Shown here: positions 24,639 to 38,090 of the stretch, in pieces
How positions within the stretch are numbered: position 1 is the first letter of the stretch
Layout: each line of letters begins with the position of its first letter
Origin: Octopus sinensis
Lineage: Eukaryota
Direction: 5' to 3'
Length of the DNA stretch: 64,000 nt
Assembly: GCF_006345805.1 (NCBI RefSeq)
Contig: NC_043008.1
Span: 63,612,001 to 63,676,000 of the forward strand
Made by a program: the position numbers and the translations under genes
Notes under the pieces: model-generated
Told to the model about the DNA's origin: nothing
The model's input: the letters and a program-made list of their open reading frames with translations, nothing else
The model's database searches: none

Positions 24639-24860
24639 TACAAAAGGGTTGCTGAAAAGTTCCTTAATTTGAGTAAAAGAAAATACAGGAGGATTAGTTA
24701 ATTATGATCTTATTCAACATAATCCTCTCTCAGATTCACAAACTTATTGTAGTTGTCCTGCAGTTTTACTAAGCACTGCAAAATAACTTGCAATGCTGGA
24801 CCTCCAACAAGGTCTTTTGTGATACCATTAAAGCCAGGAACTTTCCAGTGGTCCCTTGTA
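24639..24860. mobile_element. Tc1/mariner-type MITE
   Basis: Imperfect TIRs tacaaaagggttgctgaaaagttcct / aggaactttccagtggtcccttgta, with TA ends. Confidence 0.65.
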
Positions 24861-25074
24861 TATCTAAGTACAGGTATGGCTGAGTGGTAAGAAGCTTACT
24901 TCCGAACTAAATGGTTCTGAATTCAGTTTCACTGCAGGGCACCTTGCACAGGTATCTTCTATTATAATCTCAGATTAGCCAAATCCTTGTCAGTGGATTT
25001 GGTAGACAGAAACTGAGAGAAGCCTGTTGCATATATATATATATGTGTGTGTATATATATATATATATATATGT

Positions 25075-25680
25075 ACCCGGCAGGACAAGTGAGTCCACAA
25101 CCCGTGGCCTTCTACATGGGATGGAGCCAGCCTACGTATGCATACCTTCCCTTCTTGGGACACAAAACTCTACTTGTGAAGACGTGTTGAGGTAAGTGAG
25201 GATCAGAATCGAAATCGATCAATGGAAATTGCGGATGTGCTACCAGGGCCGGTGGCATGTCGAAACTCTGCTTGTGAAGACCCATTGAGGCAAGTGAGGA
25301 TCAGAATCGAAATCGATCAATGGAAATTGCAGATGTGTTACCAGTGCCGGTGGCATGTAAGAGAACTTTCCGTTTCGCGACCGTTGCCAGCCACCGCCCC
25401 GTTCGTGTCTGTTGCCAGCCTCGCCTGGCCCTCGTGCCGGTGGCACATAAAAAGCACCATCCGTTCGTGGCCGTTTGCCAGCTCTGTCTGGCACCCAGGT
25501 GGGGGTGGCACGTAAAAGCACCACTACACTCACGGAGTGGTTGGCGTTAGGAAGGGCATCCAGCCGTAGAAAACTGCCAGATTGATGGGCCTGATGAAGC
25601 CTTCTGGCTTCACAGACCCCGTAGAACCGTCCAACCCTGCTAGCATGGAAAAGATACGCTAAATGATGATGATGATGATA
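25075..25680 (+). mobile_element. RTE-type 3' UTR element with a 98-bp internal tandem duplication and (GAT)n tail
   Basis: Duplicated units at about 25164 and 25262. Ends ggcgttaggaagggcatccag...catggaaaagatacgctaaatgatgatgat. Confidence 0.8.
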
Positions 25681-28598
25681 TATAATATATATATATAGAT
25701 ATATATATATATATATATACATACATGTATGTGTGTCTGTCTGTCTGTGTGTTTGTCCCCCACCACTGCTTGACAGCTACTGTTGGTGTACTTACATTCC
25801 TACAACTTAGCAATTCACCAAAAGTGACCAATGGAATAAGTGCCCAGCTTAAAACAAAAAAATTAGGACAGGGATCAATTCATTCGACCAAAATTGTTGA
25901 AGGGTATGCTCCAGTATAGGCACACTTTAATGACTGAAACACAGATAAAAAAAAAAGATATATAAGTGGCTTCTCTATCAGCTAAATTCATTCTCGAAAC
26001 TTTGGTCAGCTCAGGGTCATAGTAGGATATGCCTGCCATAGATGCTGTGTAGTGAGACCAAACTCAGAACCATGTGGTTGGGAAACTAGCTTTTTACCAC
26101 ACAGCTACATCAGACAAATTTTGTAAAAAATCTATGACTGTTTCATATTTATTGCTTGGTTTATGTCATATAAGATAAAATGTCCTAAAGAAGAAAATTA
26201 AAGTAGGTGGAATGTTATTTAAAATTAACCTTATAAAAAGAAAACAAAGCCTGTAATCTGATGTGAAAGAAATAGATTTTGCATAATGAAGTTTCCCCGT
26301 GTCTTATATTATAATTATACGGTATAGTGTAATGAATAATTTTATTAATAGAACTGCTTTGAAAATGAAAATATTCGATGTAGTTTCTTGTTTGTTGAAC
26401 GAATGTCTAATAAATATAATAAATATGTAAATATTTTTAATAATACTATTTAATGAGAAAAATAAAACAAAATATTTATAAATGTTATGTTAGAATTAGA
26501 ATTTCATAATAATTCTGTGCATTTTCAAATAGAAATTTCGGCAAAAAAATTTGCATTAAATATTCATGATGACTGCAGGAAAGGAAATCTTGTTTAACAA
26601 TGTTATTATTTTCTCTGTCTAAGACAGCAAATGACAAGTTAGCAAGGACATGTTGCTTAAATAAGAAAGAATTTAGAAACTATATTCCAGTTTCAATACG
26701 AAAAAGATAAGGGGTAGTTAATCACGAGTTTCATTATATTCTTTACATTTCTAAACCATTCTTGTAAAATTTTTGGTTTTTATTTAGCAGCTGATTTGTA
26801 AGTGCTAGCTCTATTTTTAATTCTACTCATAAATGATAAGCAAACAATTGTGATTGAACAGATAATATTTAGATTTTTAATTGTGTTCTTCTCTTGTAGC
26901 TGAGTCTACTAACTTGAAGTGTCTTACTCCTCTGCAATGCTTCTGGTTTTATCAAAACAATTTATTGCCCAGTTTCCACTACAATCACATTTGTGGTAAA
27001 ACTAAAATAGCATTCTGAGTCAAATAAACTGTAACATTTTAATGGTAGCTTGTAAGACATAAAGTATGGTGGAACAAAGAGCAATGAAATAAAGCAAAAA
27101 AAAAAATTTATAATGGCTGCTTACTGTGATAGGAAGCAATAAAATGAAAAAAGAGAAGAGGGACATTTATACCAAAGCTCTAGCAAAACTGAGAAATTAG
27201 TATCTTTATTTAGAAGATGAATCATTCTATTGTATTGTCTTGTAGTTGCAATCAGATTTAGTGTTATATATTTGATAGAAAGAATTACTTAAACATAACA
27301 AACATAATAAATTAAATTAAATAAACAAATTATTTGAGCATTCTCCAATAAATAAGACATTTCATATACATTTTTTTAACAATCTTCTCAATTGCTTATT
27401 TACAAAGTCTATTGTATTTAATACTGTCTCCTTGTCGATTTATTGCCTTCAATTTTCTTAGTGAAAGAGAGAGAGAGAGAGAGAGAGAGATTGACAGAGA
27501 GACAGAGAGACAGAGATTTGTTAGACACTTTCGTCAAATGCAAAGCATTTTATCACCTTTCCAGAATTTTATGGAAAAATATAATTTGATCTGTATACCT
27601 TTTCAATGTTGACAAATCAATGTTTCTTTTGAAAAGCAATATTACACTTCTTCTTACTAATAAAAGAAAGCCACATATTCTACATAAGCACAGCATGGTC
27701 AATTTGCCTCTACTTTCCTTTTAACTGTTAGATAGCATTGAGTGACTGAAAGTTTAATTCACTTGATCTAGATGATGGAAAGCGATAAAGACTTAGAATG
27801 CTTTTAAAGGTTTTTCTTTTATGTGGGTTTGATACCTACTGAGTCAGTTTGCAAATGCAGAAGACAAATATTCTAAGATGTTAACAAATAACAAAAACTA
27901 GTGTGAATATAACACTTGCTATTTGATGTATAGATTGAAGGATGTACTAACATTCTTTAATCTAAATCATGCCAGTTTATTTACTATTACTGGCAACTAG
28001 TGTAATATTTCAAATGTTATACAATGTATTGTGGTATTGGATTTGAAGGGAAAGAGAGGAAAAGTGTTTTAACTTAGGCAATTTAGAATGGCTTTTAAGA
28101 ATGTCACAGAAAAAATGATTTTCCACAAAATGTCCTTTCATGAGAATTTCCCAGCAAGTAATCCTTATATGGAATATATTCATGTTTACACATGCAAACA
28201 CATATATATATACTGGACTCTAGCTACTTGTTTTTATACTTACTTGTAATAAATTATGTCTTTAAATATTTTCACCTTAATACATTAGTTTAAACGATCT
28301 CTTTATATGAAAGATTAATATGGTTATATGAGAAACCTTTCATGTTCATATATGCATGTGTGTGTATATATATTTATATATATTATGTATATATATATAA
28401 TATATATATATTATATAAAAGGGCTTAGTAAAATAAATTACTTTGCCGCATACTGAACTCATTAGAAATAGCAGCTAAAAAACTTTTTTAAAGCTATTTC
28501 TAATACTTAAAGAAAATCTCTCTCATATAGTGTTTGCTTAATTCAACTCACAAAAGTTTGGGGGTAAGGACATCGAAAAATCAAATGCAAGGTTATTC

Positions 28599-28647
28599 GA
28601 GAACGTACGTTTCAAGATTAGTCAAACAACACTTCTATCATCAGCTC
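28599..28647 (-). ncRNA. type I hammerhead ribozyme (Penelope-type, palindromic helix III)
   Basis: Minus strand GAG-CTGATGA-tagaagt..actaatctt-GAAA-CGTACG-T-T-CTC. Helix I gag/ctc, helix III ACGTACGT, GUU triplet. Helix II has a 2-nt bulge and a T.T first pair. Confidence 0.75.
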
Positions 28648-28851
28648 AGAAATTCCTTGGATTGGATTTGGAAACACTGAAAATAAGAACATACCCTTTC
28701 GAAGATCTGCTCGTAACTCACAGTGCCAACAAATTCAAATAAGCAAGCGAAGAATCTCTGTTCTCCCCCCTTTCCACCAGCGTGGGTTAAAATCATCAAA
28801 CACTATGCTTATTTCGGTAAAATCCGAAGCATTAATCATAGGGAGATTAAT

Positions 28852-29009
<158 letters not shown>

Positions 29010-29054
29010 ATATATATATATATATATAATATATATATTATATATATATATATA

Positions 29055-30325
29055 TTGGGCTGTCTGGAAAGTTTGTGCCGATTTATAGTAGCTTACCTTT
29101 CGGCTTATTTTAGAACATGTTTGATTCCATAAAATAGGAGTTGACTACACCTCCATTTAGAGCACAGTTTAAGCTATCTTTTCGTGAAAGAAGTTTTATG
29201 TTCCTATAACCTGTGTTAATTTTGTAACCCTTTAAAATGGAAGATAAGAAAGTTAATTTTCGGCACTTGATGCTTTTCTTTTTCCATTAAAGGGTAAAAT
29301 GCCTCACAAGCAACCAAAGAAATATGCACAGTTAACAGTGATGTTTCTTTATCCGAAAGAACAGTATGGAAGTGGTTCACAAGGTTCCAAGTTGGAGATT
29401 GTAGCCTTATTCATAAAGAGTTATTAGGCAAACTATCCACTACAGATGATGACTAAATCAAGTCATTAATTGAGACTAACCCACATTGCACAACATGAGA
29501 AAGCCTCAGCCTATTAAAATCCGTCCATGAGCACCTGGTAAACCTTGGGTACACAAATCACTACGATTTTTGGGTACCACATGAGTTGAGTGAAAAGAAC
29601 CTTTTGGATCACATTTCTATCTGTGATTCGCTTTATAAATGGAATGAAAACGTGCTTTTTTAAAGCAAATTGTGACAGGTGATGAGAAATGGATCATCTA
29701 CCGAAATGTTCAGAGATAACGATCCTGAAATAAGCGACATGAGCCACCCTTAGCTACCCCAAAAGCAGGTCTTCACCATAAAAAGTCTTGCTTTTTGTCT
29801 GGTGGGATTGGAAAGGAATTCTGTACTATGAGCTTCTCCCAAGTAACCAGACAATTAACTCTGAGAAATACTGCACACAGCTGGACGAGTTAAAAGCAGC
29901 AATTCAAGAGAAATGTCCAGAATTGGCCAACAGGAAGGGTGTTGTTTTCCAACATGATAATGCAAGACCACACGTTTCTTTGGGAACCAGACAAAAATTG
30001 CTGCAGCTCGACTGGGATGTGTAACCCCACCCTCCATATTCACCAGATATTGCTCCTTCAGATTTCCTTTTATTCAGGTCTCAGCAGAATAGTCTTAATG
30101 GTAAAAATTTCAATTCCTTGGATGACGTAAAAAGATACCTTGATGAATTCTTTGCCATGAAAGCACCTCAATTCTGGGAAGAGGGTATTTTCAAGTTAAA
30201 GGAAAGATGGAGATGCATTGTGAAACAAAATGGTTCATATTTGGTTGATTAAAAATGTAATGGCAAGTATTTATTGACTTTTTTCTTTCCTTTGAAAATC
30301 GGCACGAACTTTCCGGACAACCCAG
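29055..30325 (+). mobile_element. full-length decayed mariner (DD34D-type) transposon
   Basis: ~30-bp TIRs ttgggctgtctggaaagtttgtgccgattt / aaatcggcacgaactttccggacaacccag with TA flanks. Transposase remnants MEDKKVNFRH, TGDEKWI, VWWDWKGILYYELLP, FQHDNARPH and HPPYSPDIAPSDF, broken by stops and frameshifts. Confidence 0.95.
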
Positions 30326-30411
30326 TATATTAACAACAGTCCTGTTGCCTTACAACCACAAGATCGTGGTTTGGATTCCCTTTAAAAATCGGCACGGACT
30401 TTATGGACAAG

Positions 30412-30475
<64 letters not shown>

Positions 30476-31077
30476 GTGCTGGTGAACTAGGATGATGTAT
30501 GATTGATTTAATTGAAGTTAACAAAACAATTGCAAATAAGCAATGAATGTAATTTGTTAACTCCTTTCTTTAATATCCTTTCATTGTGTTTGTGGGTGTG
30601 AGTGTATGTGTGTGTGTGTGTTGTGTGTGTGTGTATAAAATCAAAATAAGTAACAGGATATCAAGAGGTGATGCAGTATGACTGTTTCAAGCGGCTCCAT
30701 TTAATTGAACAATGCAATCATTACATCAATTTAAATGCAGCTGCACAAATAAATATAATTTTAATCAGTCGGACCCATGTAATTTGCGCACCTGTGTAAT
30801 TTACGCAGGTGAATTCCAAGATAAAAATTGTTGAAAAAACGTTTTCCTTCTGTATATTTGAATTGGTAATAACCTTGTAGGTAAGAGTTGGTGAAAAGAA
30901 GAGCATCTGACCATTAAAATCTGACTCAGATAATCCCCATCTAAATCATGGCAGTATGGAAAAACAGATATTAAATGAAAAAATGAACAAGAAATCAGAT
31001 ACATTATTATATGACTGTGTATGATGAACAGAGGCAGTTACAAAGAAATAATATAATCCTGATATATAGGTATATGT

Positions 31078-31382
31078 GGAGGTGCAATGGCCCAGTGGTT
31101 AGGGCAGCGGACTCGCGGTCGTAGGATCGCGGTTTTGATTCCCAGACCGGGCGTTGTGAGTGTCTATTGAGCGAAAACACCTAAAAGCTCAACGAGGCTC
31201 CGGCAGGGAGTGGTGATCCCTGCTGTACTCTTTCACCACTCTTTCTCCCACTCTTTCTTCTGTTGGCCTGCTCGCTTAGCCAGCGGGGTGGCATCATTTG
31301 AAGGCTAAAACAATGTGAACCCATTGTGACCAGCGATGTGTAACAACATCTGATGATCTGGTCGGTCACGTGATCACGTGAT
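31078..31382 (+). mobile_element. SINE family C
   Basis: Head ggaggtgcaatggcccagtggttagggcagcgg; tail ggtcacgtgatcacgtga. Near-identical layout to 41864-42165. Confidence 0.88.
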
Positions 31383-31606
31383 ATAGGTATATTAGTGTAT
31401 TTTTATAAACTAAATCAAGATCCAAATGAGTTCAACCCCAGAATTATTAATTTTGTAAAGTAAGAAATCAATTTGGTGTGGGACAAACATGGAGCGTTAA
31501 GACAGTTTGATTTACTAGTTAGTATGTCCATGAAAGAATAAGAAATAAAATATATATAACAATGATAAATCTCAGAGTGAGTTATAAACAGTAGCAGCAA
31601 CACATC

Positions 31607-31878
31607 GTGACGTATATTTGCCATTTGAATATGGCTAACCCCTAAGGGTGGATGCTACTGTAGTTTGTAGCCCCAGGAGGACACCTCCTCCAGCTGGCTA
31701 TAGACACACTTTCTGTGCCCTATCAGTATTTGCGAAGGGAAGCCATCCCTCCCGTCTACTGATAGGGCACAGAAAGTGTGTCTATAGCCAGCTGGAGGAG
31801 GTGTCCTCCTGGGGCTACAAACTACAGTAGCATCCACCCTTAGGGGTTAGCCATATTCAAATGGCAAATATACGTCAC
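31607..31878. repeat. perfect 122-bp inverted repeat with 28-bp spacer
   Basis: 31607-31728 is the exact reverse complement of 31757-31878 (checked base by base). The spacer tttgcgaagggaagccatccctcccgtc has an internal aggga/tccct stem. Confidence 0.97.
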
Positions 31879-33869
31879 AAAATATATATAGTTATAAAAG
31901 AAACTCAACTCCTTCCAACCAAAAGCTTGCACAATTCTTGAAAGAAAACATGTGTTGTTTAAACACAAATGTGCATACAATTCTAACAACAGCACATAGT
32001 CAATCTACTGGCATACTAACCTTCTGTTATCCACTAATCCATATATAAAGTGTTCATCTTCGTATGTAGGTTAATATAACAGAAAAAGTGTTGAAAAGAA
32101 AAACCAAAGCTAAAAGTATATAATGAAAGAAACATTGTTGCTGCATGGTTAGCATGTAATCAGAGATAAATGAAATTAATGATCCTTAACTGTAGCTATC
32201 ACTGATTTAATGCAGTAACTTCATAGTTGTTAAAGAGAAAATGAAAACATGTTAAGATGTGATATGGAAGAATCTGGAATATTGCCTAGTGTTGTCAATG
32301 CTGTTTGGCACTATTAGAAGATGTGACACTATGAGAAGATCCTAAAATCATTATAATTCCTTTTCAATAGCTGCTGAAGGTAATCTCCCACAATGCAAGC
32401 TGTATGTAAAATATAAATATTCAGAGAAACTAACAATATTACAATCTAGTTGTGCAACATGTTTGGAAAATGTCATGGTTCCTTTATACATCGGTCTTTG
32501 AGAATTAGTTATTATGATGCATATTTCTTCAGTCTATGACCTGTACTTTCTAAGAGGAAAAGAAATCAACTATCTTAATCTAAGCTCAGTATTGAACTAA
32601 AAGCCTCAGGGTTATTGATTTTAAGATACTCAGATGGTCCACTTAAATAAAATAAAAAATATATATATACTGTTATCTTAAAAGATAACTGTATATGAAC
32701 ATTTTATCCTAAAAAATTTATTTGCAAAAATTGATTCTGAATGTCTAATTCAATCAATAATTTAATTTAATTTTTTTCATTTAATTATATTTTATCAAAA
32801 ATATTGATATTTTCTAAAATTATGCTATTTCAATGAACGTGAAATTTATCTAGTAATTTCCAAATTTTAATTTTTTTTTATCTTTAGAACTAACAACTTC
32901 TTGAAAGACACTAAATTCTTCATGTTTAATGTAAACATCTCAGAATTACATTAAGGTACAAATGTTAATTTCAATATAGCATTTTAAAGGAAGAACTATT
33001 TTCTGCAAATTTATTCTGTTTGATATAATTATTCTACAGGGTTTTCAGAAAGTTACAGTACAGTAAAAATATAACTAACAACACAGTGATTTCAAAATAC
33101 TCTGCAGTTTACAGAGTTACTGCTAATTATGAACTTCTTAAATTTCTGTCCAATATAATTGAATAAGTCCTCATTCTCTGAAGTGAGTTTTTCATTTTTA
33201 TCTCTAGTTCCTTGGTGAAGGGGAAAAGGCTCAGTTTTTCACCCCCGACAGGCCCTGCAAGGTGATGAGATAAACATGCTTGCAGTTCTTTTAAAGCAAC
33301 AACTTGAAAGTAGCAGCAAGAGAGAGAATCCAGAGAGTTTACAATCCTTCAGAAGGAAGTCTGGACTGAGAAAAAGAGTTAAGATAAGAGTTAAGGGAAG
33401 AGAGACTCTTGGCACATTAAGGTTCATCATTTCTCAATTTGTTTCACTACATTTTGATATATAATTTTAGTAAGTTGGATCATATAAACAGGGATCAATA
33501 CCTCCAGAATAAAGTCCACAAAAAGATATAATATAGTTTCCCCAGGTTGTCCATACAACCCTGAGGCCAGATGTGGTCCTGTGGTCTGAAAAGGCCAAAA
33601 AGTTACCATAACTTAACTCACAGTCCTAGATATAATATACGTATTAACATGCCATCATTTTTGTTTTAAAAATTGAGGTTAAAGTTATCTTCCTGGAATA
33701 TTTCTTGAAGATATCTAAGCAAGAAAGCCATTTTTCAGTGTTTGTCATTACAAAAACAGAACATCAGTTAATTCAGAAATTTTAGTTCTATATTTAAGGA
33801 CCTCAAAGAATATCCATACTAGAGTATTAAATAGATAATTTAATTGTAAATATTATGTGTAAGTAAGTA

Positions 33870-33905
<36 letters not shown>

Positions 33906-34017
33906 TGTATGTATGTATGTATGTATGTATGTATGTATGTATGTATGTATGTATATGAGCACTGCCAGCAATTTTTTTTCCTCTGTCTTCCCTTCTCAGG
34001 ATCTTTCCTTCTTCTTT

Positions 34018-34052
34018 GTTTCTGACGAAGAGCTCCGCTCGAAGCGTTAAAC
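34018..34052 (+). ncRNA. minimal Penelope-type hammerhead, one core substitution
   Basis: gttt-CTGACGA-a-gagc-tcc-gctc-GAAG(expected GAAA)-CGT-T-aaac. It lies in a pyrimidine-rich repeat (about 33958-34150) between (TATG)n and (TA)n. Confidence 0.65.
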
Positions 34053-35537
34053 CCTCCTTCCCTTCTTTCCTGAGCGTCCAATAATACTTTATTTGTTCCA
34101 CGTCCTCGCGTTGCTGTGTTTTTTTTGTGTTTTCTTGTTTGGATTAACTATATATATATATATATATACACATATACAAAGGACTTTTTTAGTTTCCATG
34201 TAACAAATCCATTTACAAGGCTTTGGTCAGGCTGAGGCTGTAGTAGAAAACACTTGCTTAAGGTGCCATGCAGTGGGACTGAACCCAGAAACATGTGGTC
34301 AGGAAGCAAGCTTCTTACCACACAGCCACAAGTGTTATATGTGTATCTGATTTGAATATTCTATGAACGTCTTCAATAAGTATATTGTTTGTAATGTATG
34401 TAGGTATGTCTTCCATAGCTGACATTGAACTCACAAACCATTGTGGCAACTAACAAAATAAATATCGACTACCTTATCCACTACACCATTGTTCTGAGAC
34501 AGAAGCCTCACCTTCCCCCCATCCCAAATTTGAATATGCTTACTGGTTTTTCTTTACTTACGAAATAATATTTTCCATAAATTTGTGAAGTTTCTCAAAG
34601 CTGCTTAATTAACTGATATTAACTATGAGATATTATTTGCAAAATTATTAACTCAACATATCTGCGGTAATAAGTATTCATTCTAAAAAATATTCCATTA
34701 ATTGCAATACTAAAATATTACCACGATATTATTTGCTTGATTATTTAATATTTATTTACAAACTAGCTTGAAAATAAATATTTAAAGAATTTCATTAAAA
34801 CAAAAGTTCATGAAAATAGATTTTATTAGAAATTTTAGATTGCTTAAAATAACGATCAATATACATTTATATTTATATTTGATTAAGACAATTACTAATC
34901 TTATTCTATAAAACATGAACATTCACAGAAGACAAAACAGAATAGTTAATTTATTAATCTGCTCATGAAAATCTTATTGCTTTAATCTCCATTATCTTTG
35001 CACATGCTAAGAAAATTTACATTCCCAAAGTCTCTGAATAATGTATGCAAATCGATGCGATATAAACAATCAATTTGATTGCATTTTCTTAAAATCCTGT
35101 TCCTGTTTCCCCGTGTTAAAAAATTTTGAATAACGAATCAGAAGCAAAATAAATATGCAACTAAACCAGGGTAGTTGCCTTGATTTATTTCCCATTTTAA
35201 TACCATCAACAGGTCCTTGAGTTCCTTTAGTTAGTCCACCCTGTTGCAAGCTTTTGGGCCAGGCCTGAGAATTATATATACATATACGTACATATATGTG
35301 CGAATATGTGTGTGTGTATGTGTGTGTTTGTGTGTATCTATATGTGTGTGTGTAATTTAAGCTTGGTAGTTGATGCACTGAAAAAATTCTTTAAAGTATA
35401 ACTAAATGAATGATGTGAAATTACATATTACAAAAATTTGAAGACATCACAATTTTTCCTGTGTATTGTTGGTTGTGCACATATAAGCATATCCACATAC
35501 ATACATTCATACACACACATAAACGTTTATATATATC

Positions 35538-35619
<82 letters not shown>

Positions 35620-35629
35620 GCATACATAC

Positions 35630-35694
<65 letters not shown>

Positions 35695-35828
35695 AACACA
35701 CACACACGCACACATATATACATATGTATGTGTGTGAATATATAGAAAGATAGACAGACAGGCAGCAGACAGACAGGCAGGCAGACAGACAGGCAGACAG
35801 GCAGACAGACAGACAGATAGATAGATAA

Positions 35829-35902
<74 letters not shown>

Positions 35903-36139
35903 GGATAGATAGATAGATAGATATACGAAAATACCTTACTTAGCTTTACTCTGTGTTGTTTTTTTCTATAATGCTTTTTTCTTTGGGGGTTTTAAAGGCT
36001 AATCTGAGAATACCTTGATTCTACTAGTTCTGAAATTACCTGAAAGGGTCATGAGTCTTACTTTCCTTCTTCAAACTGCACACTAAAAAAAAAAAAAATA
36101 ATAAAGTTGAAACTAATATTTTTAGATTTATTTAAAAAG

Positions 36140-37030
36140 ATATAAATCTTATTCAAGAATCGTTTGGCCCCTCTCCTGAGAGCTTGTTTGGGTACATGTT
36201 ACATTCTCTCATGCATTACTATTCTACATGTCTTCCTTCCTCTCAGCAATCTTGTGCATCCAGCCTCTCAATCCAAGCCCCACATTAATCACTCACTACA
36301 CTCAGCCCTTCTTTTCTAGAACATCAGCAATCTATAACTTCTCTTCTGATCATTCTGTCCACAGAACTGGCAAGGCACACATCATCTTCACACATTCATT
36401 TCTGTCCTATTAATTTCTTATTTCTTTATTGCCCACAAGGGGTTAAACATAGAGGGGACAAACAAGGACAGACAAAGGGATTAAGTCGATTACATCGACC
36501 CCAGTGCATAACTGGTACTTAATTTATCGACCCCGAAAGGATGAAAGGCAAAGTTGACCTCGGCAGAATTGGAACTCAGAATGTAACAGCAGAAGAAATA
36601 CCTCTTAGCATTTTGCACGGCATGCTAACATTTCTGCCAGCTCGCTGCTTATTAATTTCACTACCTTTCATAATTCGTGTGTATATAATACCTTTTCCAA
36701 GGCTTCGCAATAACCATTACACCAAAGCCTTCTCTTCTAGAGCATTCACCATCAAGAATTTCATGTTCATCAGAGTTCACGTGTTCATCAGAGTTACCTG
36801 TTCACATGTCTCCTTCATACATGCATTACTCTCTGACACATCTCTCTTCTTCTCATAATTTGTCTGCCTAACATCTTCCCCAGGTGTCACAAATATCACT
36901 ACATCCAAACCCTCTTTCCTAGAGCATCCACCAAATAGAATTTTCCCTCTAATCAAGTGGTCATCAGAGCTGCTTGTGCACCTATGACATCCACTCAAAC
37001 ATTGCTGTCCTATTCGTTTCTCCTCCTCTC
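36140..37030 (-). mobile_element. heavily decayed LINE-like relic interrupted by a family B SINE (36418-36645)
   Basis: Coding-like, purine-rich minus strand with many stops. The SINE copy is clear; the LINE clade could not be determined. Confidence 0.4.
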
Positions 37031-37275
37031 ATTACTCTTGTTTGACTAACTGTTATATGGCAATACTACACAGTAGCTGTGTGAGTTACGATATCCTCAT
37101 CACCACTGTTATATGGCAATACTACACAGTGGCTGTGTGTTCTACAAAATCCTCGTTGCCACTGTTATGTCACATGTTCGGATGCCTCCTACTCAACTCG
37201 ACTCCGACTGTTCGACTGTGCTCTGGATGTCTAGGCGTCTCCCTCTATATCTACGTATTGGGCTAGCCTACTTCA

Positions 37276-37509
37276 GAAGGCGGTGAGATGGCTGAAACGT
37301 TAGCAGACCGGGCGAAATGCATAGCCGTATTTCATCTGCCGTTACGTTCTGAGTTCAAATTCCGCCGAGGTCAACTTTGCCTTTTATTCTTTCTGGGTCG
37401 ATAAATTAAGAACCAGTTACGCACTGGGGTCGATGTAATCGACTAAATCTGTTTGTCTGTCCTTGTTTGTCCTCTCTGTGTTTAGCTCCTTGTGGGTAGT
37501 AAAGAAATA
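37276..37509 (+). mobile_element. SINE family B with 16-bp TSD
   Basis: gggctagcctacttca at 37260-37275 and 37510-37525. Confidence 0.92.
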
Positions 37510-38090
37510 GGGCTAGCCTACTTCATCGTCTGAGGGCGTCCACACAACACTAACCCACCAGACTTTTCACTAATCACTAGATATAGGCTTCCCTTCCAGA
37601 ACAACAACAACCACCTGGAATGTTTGCTCAGCTCATTTCTCTCCTGCATCAAACATCAGCAAGAGGTATTTTCCAATATGGTACACACTGCAGCAGTAAT
37701 AATGGAGATCAGTATTGATTTAGTTTAAAATAAGGTTGTGCTGTGTTTCATTGTCCACTCACATTGCCAGCTTAACATCAATTTCTTCCAAAAAATTACT
37801 CCTCCAATGAGTCACGTCCTTTGCAAATTCAATCAGTCAGCTAACACATTATCATAAAAACTCTTTAATATAATGAAACATTTTATGAAGATTTTGTGTT
37901 TATGCATTGAAAAATAACAAAAATGATAAAAAGTGGAATTACTATGCATCTCATTGGTTATTTTGATTATTTTTTTACTATGCCAATGAAAATATTGTCT
38001 TTATATATAATACAAACCCACATTTAACTGTGTAGTGTTAAGTAACATATTACTGTCTATCAGTCTCTAAGTCTCCCTCTCTCTCTCTCT

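Noticed and set aside
25164-25360. 98-bp repeat pair as a CRISPR-like or satellite array
   Set aside because: It is a simple two-unit duplication inside an RTE-type 3' UTR, with no unique spacers. No CRISPR-like array was seen anywhere in the window.
31660-31760. Possible HDV-like ribozyme (cctcctc and gcgaa words) in the 122-bp IR
   Set aside because: P3 and P1 pairings could not be built around the L3-like segment on either strand.
31648-31837. Twin ORFs MDATVVCSPRR on both strands
   Set aside because: A direct consequence of the perfect inverted repeat; there is no coding evidence.
32371-32379. 9-nt microexon CTGCTGAAG between a good acceptor and donor
   Set aside because: No host gene context, and such matches are expected by chance in 64 kb.
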